Assembly: GCF_000018465.1 (NCBI RefSeq) | Contig: NC_010085.1 | Span: 360,001-392,000, forward strand | Length of the DNA: 32,000 bases | Direction: 5' to 3' | From: Nitrosopumilus maritimus SCM1 | GTDB lineage: Archaea; Thermoproteota; Nitrososphaeria; Nitrososphaerales; Nitrosopumilaceae | Shown here: piece after piece, positions 25,645-32,000 of the stretch | Layout of the letters: every line of letters begins with the position of its first letter | Numbering within the stretch: position 1 is the stretch's first letter | Translations under genes and position numbers: made by a program | Notes under the pieces: generated by a model | What the model was told of the DNA's origin: nothing | The model's database searches: none | Seen by the model: only the letters and a program-made list of their open reading frames with translations

Positions 25645-26463
25645 ATGACATCACATACAGTTATTGACGAACTAAAGAGAAACCAAATTCTTGAATTATT
25701 AGAACAAGGAAAAAGAGTAGATGGTAGAGCTCTTGATGAATCAAGAGAAGTTTCTATTGAAACTAATGCCATTCCAAAAGCAAACGGTTCTGCAAGAGTT
25801 CGATTAGGCGATACTGAAGTTGTATGTGGCGTTAAAATCCAACCAGACAGACCTTTTCCAGACACTGGTGACAAAGGACTTTTCATTTGTACTGCTGAAC
25901 TATTACCACTTTCACATCCTACAGTTGAAACAGGACCTCCGGGACCTGAAGTAATTGAACTAGCTAGAGTTGTTGATAGAGGAATCAGAGAAAGTCACAT
26001 GATTGATGTATCTCAATTAGTTATTGAAAAAGACAAATCTGTAATTGGTGTCTTTGCAGACAATGTTGTTGTTGATTATGATGGTAATCTATTTGATGCA
26101 TGTTCTTATGCTGCAACTGCCGCATTACTCTCATCAAAAAGTCCTAAATGGAATTGGGTAGACGACGCACCTGCACTAGTTGAAGGTGAAGAAGTTGATG
26201 TTCCAATCACTACAATTCCTGTATCTGTAACCATGGGAAAGATTGGAAATCACATCATAGTTGATCCTAATGGTGATGAATGGGCAAGTATGGATGCAAG
26301 AATTACAATTACTAGTGATTCTGATGGAAACATCTGTGCCTTACAAAAAGGTGGAGATGATGGGTTCACACAAGATGAAATCGTTCAATGCGGTGAAATC
26401 TCAGTCAGAGTAGGCGCAAAAATAAGAGAAAAATTAAAAGCAGCTCAGCAAGGAGGTCAGTAA
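25645..26463 (+). CDS. rrp42: Exosome complex protein Rrp42
   Basis: 272 aa; GKRVDGRALDESREVSIETNAIPKANGSARVRLGDTEVVCGVKIQP; adjacent to rrp41. Confidence 0.96.
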   Translation: MTSHTVIDELKRNQILELLEQGKRVDGRALDESREVSIETNAIPKANGSARVRLGDTEVVCGVKIQPDRPFPDTGDKGLFICTAELLPLSHPTVETGPPGPEVIELARVVDRGIRESHMIDVSQLVIEKDKSVIGVFADNVVVDYDGNLFDACSYAATAALLSSKSPKWNWVDDAPALVEGEEVDVPITTIPVSVTMGKIGNHIIVDPNGDEWASMDARITITSDSDGNICALQKGGDDGFTQDEIVQCGEISVRVGAKIREKLKAAQQGGQ

Positions 26464-26464
26464 A

Positions 26465-26677
26465 ATGGCAAAGGGCAAGAAATCACTCAAAGGTCTTGGT
26501 GCAAGATACGGAATTAAAATTAGAAAACAATATACCAAAATTCATCTTCAATTAAAAGAAAAAAGAGCATGTCCTGAATGTGGTTCTAAAACATTTGGTA
26601 GAGATGCAGTAGGAATTTGGTCTTGCAAAAAATGCAGCTTCAAAATAGCTGGAACCGCATATGACGTTAAAGTTTAG
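26465..26677 (+). CDS. rpl37ae: 50S ribosomal protein L37ae (eL43)
   Basis: 70 aa; GLGARYGIKIRKQY, zinc ribbon CPECGSKTFGRDAVGIWSCKKCSFKIAGTAY. Confidence 0.95.
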   Translation: MAKGKKSLKGLGARYGIKIRKQYTKIHLQLKEKRACPECGSKTFGRDAVGIWSCKKCSFKIAGTAYDVKV

Positions 26678-26906
26678 TGCAAAAATTACAGTTGATGCAA
26701 AAGACAAAACAAAAGCAATTTTTGATTCAGTAAATACCGATAACGAGTTTTATCCTGAAAACCCTGTAAAGACTGAAATCAAACTAGACAAGAAAATGAC
26801 AATTTCTGTAGAATCTGAGCATCTTCCCCACTTGAGGGCTAATCTCAACTCTACCTTGAGATTGATTCAAGCAAGTAATGAGACTATAGAATCGGTAAAG
26901 ATATAA
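26661..26906 (+). CDS. KEOPS complex Pcc1-like subunit
   Basis: 81 aa; LKFSAKITVDAKDKTKAIFDSVNTDNEFYPENPVKTEIKLDKKMTISVESEHLPHLRANLNSTLRLIQASNETIESV; position between L37ae and prefoldin beta. Confidence 0.85.
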   Translation: MTLKFSAKITVDAKDKTKAIFDSVNTDNEFYPENPVKTEIKLDKKMTISVESEHLPHLRANLNSTLRLIQASNETIESVKI

Positions 26907-26929
26907 TGAAACAAAAATTGTGATAAATA

Positions 26930-27319
26930 ATGTCAGCAGGACAAATGCCACCATGGCTTCAAGAACAATTGATGAAATTACAACAATCTCAACAAAATCT
27001 CCAATCTATCATGACTCAAAAACAACATCTTGAGATGGAAAAGGCAGAAACTGAGAAGGCCCTTGAAGAATTAAAGAAAGTTGGTGATGCTGATGCAGTT
27101 TACAAGCAAGCAGGAACAGTCTTGTTAAAATCAACAAAAAAGGAACTCGTTGATGAATTAGAAGAAAAACAAGAGATGGCAAAAACCCGTGCAACAGTAC
27201 TTGAAAAACAAGAAACACGTGTCAAAGAAACTCTCAAAGAACAAGAATCCAAGATCACTGAAATGATGAAGAGTGGATCTCAAGAACCTCCAAAAGCAGA
27301 AGATAATCCTAGAAAATAA
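26930..27319 (+). CDS. pfdB: Prefoldin beta subunit
   Basis: 129 aa coiled-coil; MPPWLQEQLMKLQQSQQNLQSIMTQKQHLEMEKAETEKALEELKKVGDADAVYKQAGTVLLKSTKKELVDELEEK. Confidence 0.93.
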   Translation: MSAGQMPPWLQEQLMKLQQSQQNLQSIMTQKQHLEMEKAETEKALEELKKVGDADAVYKQAGTVLLKSTKKELVDELEEKQEMAKTRATVLEKQETRVKETLKEQESKITEMMKSGSQEPPKAEDNPRK

Positions 27320-27371
27320 TCTCAAAAACCATTTTCATATAAGATATTAACAATTCTTTTCAAAGGTATTT

Positions 27372-28058
27372 GTGAATTTAGAAAACCTCCGAATTATTGT
27401 AGATGAAAGGGAACGCAAAAGTGGAATTCCCGAATTACTAAAATCAGTTGGCCTTAATCTTGAGATGAAGACTCTTCCAATCGGTGATTACATTGTTGCA
27501 CCTGAAACTGTTGTGGAGAGAAAAAGCATTCGTGATTTGATGGCATCCGTATTTGATGGAAGACTCTTTGATCAATGTACTAGACTAAAGGAGCATTTTG
27601 AGAATCCTGTTGTACTAATGGAAGGAAATGTAGATGAGATTGAAGAGATTACAGAAAACCCTTTGATATTTTATGGTGCAATCTCTACCGTGGTTCTTGA
27701 TTTTAAAATTCCAGTAATTCCTACTCCTAGTGCAACACATACTGCTAAGTTGTTAGTATCGATGTGTTCCAGAAAGGATGCTCCAAAAGGGCCTTATCTT
27801 AAGAAAATAAAAAAATCATCTGATTTAGAGAGACAACAATTATCCTCTCTTTGCAGTTTACCTGGAATTGGAGAAAAGTTTGCAATAAGGATGCTTGAAA
27901 AGTTTGGTACTCCTCTCAAAGTATTTACCGCAACTACTGCAGAGCTATCTAAAGTTGAAGGTTTAGGAGATGCAAGAGCCAAAAAAATCAAAAAAGTTCT
28001 TGACACAAAAAGTAAACATCTCAAAAAATCAAATCAAAAAACTTTGCATGATGACTGA
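27372..28058 (+). CDS. XPF/ERCC4-type nuclease with HhH domain, no helicase domain
   Basis: 228 aa; IIVDERERKSGIPELLKSVG, GDYIVAPETVVERKSIRDLMASVFDGRLFDQ, C-terminal (HhH)2 LCSLPGIGEKFAIRMLEKFGTPLKVFTATTAELSKVEGLGDARAKKI; GTG start. Confidence 0.93.
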   Translation: MNLENLRIIVDERERKSGIPELLKSVGLNLEMKTLPIGDYIVAPETVVERKSIRDLMASVFDGRLFDQCTRLKEHFENPVVLMEGNVDEIEEITENPLIFYGAISTVVLDFKIPVIPTPSATHTAKLLVSMCSRKDAPKGPYLKKIKKSSDLERQQLSSLCSLPGIGEKFAIRMLEKFGTPLKVFTATTAELSKVEGLGDARAKKIKKVLDTKSKHLKKSNQKTLHDD

Positions 28059-28542
28059 AACAATCGAATCTTTACTAAATAGTGGTCAAACACTGATGAA
28101 TTTGGGAAATCCAAAAGATGCACTTGTAATTTATGACAAAATTCTTGCACAGGATCCAAAACACATTGTAGCATTACTGAAGAAGGGCCATATCTTGGGA
28201 CAATTGGCTAGATATGGTGATGCCATTGTTCAATATGACAATGTTCTTTCTCAAGAAAAAAATCTCTTAGCATTACTGAACAAAGGGTTGGCTCATCATT
28301 ATTTGGGACAAGTTGATGTTGCTCTAGGTTGCTATGAGCAAGTCTTGAAAGAAAAACCAAACAACCCAACTACTCTTTACAACAAAGCATCATCTTTGAT
28401 AAAATCTGGAAGAGTTCTAGAAGGAATAGAAATCTTATCTAAAGTAATTGAATTAGATTTTTCATTCAAAGAAAAAGCAAAATTTGATATCGAATTTGAA
28501 GGAATTCGAAAACTCAATGAATTTAAAAAAATTATATCTTAA
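28048..28542 (+). CDS. Tetratricopeptide-repeat protein
   Basis: Track ORF begins at 27970, but ATG-ATG 28048/28051 (MMTETIESLLNSGQTLMNLGNPKDALVIYDKILAQDPKHIVALLKKGHILGQLARYGDAIVQYDNVLSQ...) is the more likely start; repeated TPR units. Confidence 0.85.
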   Translation: MMTETIESLLNSGQTLMNLGNPKDALVIYDKILAQDPKHIVALLKKGHILGQLARYGDAIVQYDNVLSQEKNLLALLNKGLAHHYLGQVDVALGCYEQVLKEKPNNPTTLYNKASSLIKSGRVLEGIEILSKVIELDFSFKEKAKFDIEFEGIRKLNEFKKIIS

Positions 28543-28544
28543 TG

Positions 28545-29024
28545 CTATTCTTTGAGTAATTTTCTTTTTAGTGGTGTGGCGCACATTGGACATTCTTTTC
28601 CTGATTCATGATTTGTTCTACATCCTGGGCAGTAATGCACCCATCTTCCAACATCCTTTATTCCTTGTGTCATTATTGATGATATCTTCAAGCCTAGGTT
28701 TCTTGCAACATTTGAAATTGCAAAATCATCACTGATTATCTCCCCCTCTAATTCAATACCCAATGCGATTACTGACAAATCTTGCTTTGATAACTGTGGA
28801 TAGTCTCCAGTGTTCTTTGCTACATCAGTAGCAGTTTTTGTTGATTCTGCATCAGGCTCTCTGATTTTGAGTCTGTTTGTTTCAAGTAAAGTTCCTAATG
28901 CGTCATGATTTTTCTTTATGTGTTTGATTTCATCATATACTAGTGATGTTGTATAGCAATCATTAGATGATCTAAATGGAACACCTGCATAAAATGCACT
29001 AGCATCTAAAATTCTAAAATCCAA
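28545..29024 (-). CDS. nob1: Nob1-like endoribonuclease (PIN domain plus zinc ribbon)
   Basis: 159 aa; FRILDASAFYAGVPF...LVYDEIKHIKK...LSKQDLSVIALGIELEGEIISDDFAISNVARNLG, then YCPGCRTNHESGKECPMCATPLKRK. Confidence 0.9.
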   Translation of the reverse strand: MDFRILDASAFYAGVPFRSSNDCYTTSLVYDEIKHIKKNHDALGTLLETNRLKIREPDAESTKTATDVAKNTGDYPQLSKQDLSVIALGIELEGEIISDDFAISNVARNLGLKISSIMTQGIKDVGRWVHYCPGCRTNHESGKECPMCATPLKRKLLKE

Positions 29025-29850
29025 GTTTACTCATTTGTCTTAACCCGCGTTTTTTTAATCTGATAAACACGGCAGGTTTTTTGTATTTCTTGATAGTAAT
29101 TGGTTCTTCAAACCCTGCACTTTTTACAACTTGTGCATCCATTACAATGTTGCAATCATGAGAGCTGATTATCTCTATCTTTTCGTCTGGAACTACAATT
29201 GATTCTAATCTATACACTGGTGCAACTGGTGTAATTATCAATACATCTAAACTCTCATGCAAAATTGGTCCTCCCAATGAAAATGAATGTCCTGTTGAAC
29301 CACTTGGTGTTGCAACAATCACTCCATCCATTTTTTGTTTTACAGTATCGTTTTGGAATTTGATTTCAATTTCTGCAGTCTTTGTCAAGTTTGCTCTATT
29401 AATGAAAATTTCATTTAATGCTGGCGGAAATTCTTTTCCCCCACAAGATGCAACTACTCTTGTTCTCTTATCTAAGAAAAATTTGTCTTTTTGAATTTGG
29501 TTTAGTGCATCATCTATCTCTTCAATTGTAATTTCAGCTAAAATCCCTCTGTTTCCACCTACATTTATTGTCAAAATTGGAGTCTCATTTTCTAAATTTC
29601 TAAAAACACGAAGTGTTGTCCCATCTCCACCTAATGTGACTACCAAATCCAATTTTACCTTCTTTAATTCCTCTAATGTCTCAATCTGCTTTGCACCCTC
29701 AACTTGAATTGGTGATATGGTGTACACTTTGGATTTTTTTGCCAACAATTTTTTTGCAACATCAATTGCAGCTTTTTCAGATTCTTTGTTTCCTACTTTA
29801 CTTACCACTGCAACGTTTTGTAGTTTCAAGCAGTTTTCTAGAAATGGCAT
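29014..29850 (-). CDS. nadK: NAD kinase
   Basis: 278 aa; LVVTLGGDGTTLRVFRNLENETPILTINVGGNRGILAEI; DGVIVATPSGSTGHSFSLGGPILHE; PVAPVYRLESIVVPDE. Confidence 0.94.
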   Translation of the reverse strand: MPFLENCLKLQNVAVVSKVGNKESEKAAIDVAKKLLAKKSKVYTISPIQVEGAKQIETLEELKKVKLDLVVTLGGDGTTLRVFRNLENETPILTINVGGNRGILAEITIEEIDDALNQIQKDKFFLDKRTRVVASCGGKEFPPALNEIFINRANLTKTAEIEIKFQNDTVKQKMDGVIVATPSGSTGHSFSLGGPILHESLDVLIITPVAPVYRLESIVVPDEKIEIISSHDCNIVMDAQVVKSAGFEEPITIKKYKKPAVFIRLKKRGLRQMSKLGF

Positions 29851-29912
29851 TTACTTAAAAATGATATTTTTTTGGAAAAACAATTAATTATGAAAACAAT
29901 TGCGATTAACTC

Positions 29913-30758
29913 ATGAGTTACGCACATCCAGAAGTATTAGTTGATACGGAATGGGTTTCACAAAATCCCCCAAACGAAAATAGAAAATTAGTTGAAGTCG
30001 ACTATGATCCTGTAAATGGATATCAAAAAGGTCACATTAGTGGTGCCAGTCTTATCTGGTGGAAACGTGACATTAATGATCCAGTTACAAGAGACATTAT
30101 CTCCAAAAAACAATTTGAAGAGTTAATGGCAAAAAATGGAATTACAAAAGATACTGAGGTAGTTCTTTATGGTGACTTTAACAATTGGTTTGCAGCATTC
30201 GTTTTCTGGGTTTTCAAAATCTATGGACATGAAAATCTAAAGATTATGAATGGTGGAAGAAAAAAATGGGAATTAGAAAATAGAGATTATACAACTGATG
30301 AACCACAATTTGAATCAGTTACATATGATGCACAACCTCCAGATGAAGGATTACGTGCATATCTATTTGATGTAAGCCGTGCACTTGGAAAAGAAGATAC
30401 TGTAATGGTTGATGTTAGATCTCCAGCTGAGTTTTCAGGAGAGATTACTGCACCACCAGAGTATCCAATGGAACATGCACAAAGAGGTGGACACATTCCT
30501 GATGCAAACAATATTCCATGGGCAACTGCCGTCAATGACGCTGATGGAACTTTCAAAACAGTTGATGAACTAAAACAAAACTATGAACCAAAAGGAGTTA
30601 CACCTGACAAAGATGTAATTTGTTATTGTAGAATTGGTGAACGTTCTTCACACAGTTGGTTTGTTCTAAAGTACCTACTTGGATATCCAAAGGTTCGAAA
30701 CTATGATGGTTCTTGGACTGAATGGGGAAACATGATAGGAAACCCTGTGGAAAAATAA
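29913..30758 (+). CDS. Thiosulfate sulfurtransferase (two-domain rhodanese)
   Basis: 281 aa; HISGASLIWWKRDINDPVTRDIISKKQFEELMAKNGITKDTEVVLYGDFNNWFAAFVFWVFKIYGHENLKIMNGGRKKW; catalytic Cys loop VICYCRIGERSSHSWFVLKYLLG. Confidence 0.92.
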   Translation: MSYAHPEVLVDTEWVSQNPPNENRKLVEVDYDPVNGYQKGHISGASLIWWKRDINDPVTRDIISKKQFEELMAKNGITKDTEVVLYGDFNNWFAAFVFWVFKIYGHENLKIMNGGRKKWELENRDYTTDEPQFESVTYDAQPPDEGLRAYLFDVSRALGKEDTVMVDVRSPAEFSGEITAPPEYPMEHAQRGGHIPDANNIPWATAVNDADGTFKTVDELKQNYEPKGVTPDKDVICYCRIGERSSHSWFVLKYLLGYPKVRNYDGSWTEWGNMIGNPVEK

Positions 30759-30772
30759 AATGTTACTAGACC

Positions 30773-30804
30773 TCCCTGTTTTAAAAAAGGGATCTTTTTA
30801 TTTT
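30773..30804 (+). terminator. Candidate intrinsic-like terminator/promoter junction after the rhodanese gene
   Basis: TCCCT-gttttaaaaa-AGGGA (30773-30792) followed by TCTTTTTATTTT (30793-30804). The T/A-rich part may also be the TATA element for the 30832 gene. Confidence 0.4.
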
Positions 30805-30831
30805 ATCAAAGATTCTGACACCGATCTTGTT

Positions 30832-31071
30832 ATGGAAGACAAGACAAAAAGAGGCCTTACTGTAAAGGAGACCTCCGTTGATGAAAAACTAAATGTCAAG
30901 GCTGACAAAGGTATGATTCACGATATGGATGGTATTGGCCATTGGGTTCCAATTCGATGGTATTTCCCAAAGGATTCTTACGATCTTGATGCAGTTTCAA
31001 TACATGCTGAAACAATGGAAAAAAAATACACAGAATTACGTGAACTCACATGTCCTGACGATGATGACTGA
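30832..31071 (+). CDS. Small acidic hypothetical protein (79 aa)
   Basis: MEDKTKRGLTVKETSVDEKLNVKADKGMIHDMDGIGHWVPIRWYFPKDSYDLDAVSIHAETMEKKYTELRELTCPDDDD. The track extends to ATG 30760, but the added 24 residues cover the inverted repeat and T/A-rich element, so ATG 30832 preferred. Confidence 0.68.
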   Translation: MEDKTKRGLTVKETSVDEKLNVKADKGMIHDMDGIGHWVPIRWYFPKDSYDLDAVSIHAETMEKKYTELRELTCPDDDD

Positions 31072-31075
31072 TAAC

Positions 31076-31086
31076 CTTTTTAAATA
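31076..31086 (+). promoter_or_regulatory. Candidate TATA box for the ferredoxin fusion gene
   Basis: CTTTTTAAATA about 22-32 nt upstream of ATG 31108, consistent with leaderless transcription. Confidence 0.5.
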
Positions 31087-31107
31087 AAATCGATTGAGAA
31101 ATCTCAG

Positions 31108-32000
31108 ATGTCTTTACTTCTCAAAGATCGAGTTTGGTCAATGGAAGCCCCTACTGCAAAACGTGGAGTTTATCCATTACATGGATTCAAACTTGGATTG
31201 TATAGATTGCCAATTAATCTTGAAGATCCTAATGAGATAAAATCAGTCCATGATGGTCTCAAAAAGGCTTTTGAGATGGACAAGTACGCTGATAGAGTTT
31301 TTGCAACATATCGCTGGACTGAACAAAACATGGATGATCCTGATGCAAAGGGATACGAAGAAGTAGAACTATCAGTTACAGTTGAAATTGTCACTGGTGA
31401 AGTTGTAGATATTATTTATCAGATTTTCCCAATTGAAAAGTTCGGTGATCCTAATTGGGTCAAAGATTATAGAAAGAAAGCAGACCATTTTGCAAAAATG
31501 GTAATTGATACTATTTTACGTAACACTATCTTGGCAGACAAGATGATTTCTTACTTTGCAAAAGCAGAAAAAATTTCTGAAGTTGCAGCTATTCAAAAAC
31601 TTGAAGACCTTACTCCTTTAGCAAAGATTGTTCTTGGTGCAAAACCAAAACCAGTTGAGGCTACTGAAGAAGCTGAAGAAGAAGATGAAGGTGATATGGA
31701 GATTCCAGATGGTGCAAAGCCTGGACCAATTGATGTTGATTACAAACAAAAAATGAAAGCATCTACAGCATATGAAGCAGCAGAACACACAATCAAAACT
31801 TGGGGTAGAAAAGGCACCAGTAATGGAATCATGGGTGTTTGGGGAGAATTTGTTTCAGTAGATTATGATATTTGTGTAGCAGATGGTGGATGCATTGAAG
31901 CATGCCCAGTAGGTGTGTATGAGTGGTTTGATACTCCTGGAAACCCTGCATCTGACAAGAAACCACTAATGTCAAAAGAACCTGATTGTATATTCTGTCT
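31108..32000 (+). CDS. Zinc-type/dicluster 4Fe-4S ferredoxin domain protein with ~200-aa N-terminal extension (partial, runs off window)
   Basis: Open frame MSLLLKDRVWSMEAPTAKRGVYPLHGFKLGLYRLPINLEDPNE... to IMGVWGEFVSVDYDICVADGGCIEACPVGVYEWFDTPGNPASDKKPLMSKEPDCIFC; not in the supplied track because no stop occurs before base 32000. Confidence 0.88.
   Translation, partial: MSLLLKDRVWSMEAPTAKRGVYPLHGFKLGLYRLPINLEDPNEIKSVHDGLKKAFEMDKYADRVFATYRWTEQNMDDPDAKGYEEVELSVTVEIVTGEVVDIIYQIFPIEKFGDPNWVKDYRKKADHFAKMVIDTILRNTILADKMISYFAKAEKISEVAAIQKLEDLTPLAKIVLGAKPKPVEATEEAEEEDEGDMEIPDGAKPGPIDVDYKQKMKASTAYEAAEHTIKTWGRKGTSNGIMGVWGEFVSVDYDICVADGGCIEACPVGVYEWFDTPGNPASDKKPLMSKEPDCIFC

Noticed and set aside
27009-27218. 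Minus-strand ORF in the prefoldin beta gene
   Set aside because: Leu/Pro/Ser-rich antisense shadow of a coiled-coil gene.
1-32000. CRISPR arrays, IS elements, integrases, prophage, restriction/toxin-antitoxin or other defence genes
   Set aside because: No regularly spaced direct repeats, terminal inverted repeats, transposase/integrase motifs or defence motifs were seen in intergenic DNA or proteins. The one RHH-like gene has no toxin-like neighbour.

Overview
Ordinary chromosomal DNA from an AT-rich ammonia-oxidising thaumarchaeon, most like the Nitrosopumilus/Nitrosarchaeum group (inferred from gene content and protein style). It is densely packed with housekeeping genes. Left to right: (1) the end of the ribosomal superoperon and the Sec/adk block (tail of probable rpl18, rps5, rpl30, rpl15, secY, adk, EMC3/YidC-like DUF106 protein, cmk, cbf5), followed by a tRNA-Ser(GGA) with a 14-nt intron. 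(2) A small-gene region and a 2-oxoacid neighbourhood (RHH-like microprotein, DM13 protein, LhgO-type oxidase, 2-hydroxyacid dehydrogenase, Cys-rich microprotein, fused 2-oxoacid:ferredoxin oxidoreductase alpha and beta). (3) Hypotheticals and a CofE-like ligase. (4) Two tandem IPM isomerase/aconitase-family pairs of different type. (5) A nucleotidyltransferase and the rps9-rpl13-rpl18e-rpoD block on the minus strand. (6) The SBDS-Rrp4-Rrp41-Rrp42-L37ae-Pcc1-prefoldin beta block. (7) XPF-type nuclease, TPR protein, Nob1-like, NAD kinase, rhodanese, and a partial zinc-type ferredoxin fusion. I found no CRISPR array, transposon, phage, toxin-antitoxin pair or recognisable defence cassette, and nothing that convincingly forms a new multigene system. 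The best second-look items are the 8-cysteine microprotein missing from the ORF track, rare-codon/GC-rich patches inside secY, the paired IPMI modules with a changed cluster motif, RpoD with an Rpb3-like Cys loop and no 4Fe-4S insertion, and the long N-terminal extension on the zinc-type ferredoxin.
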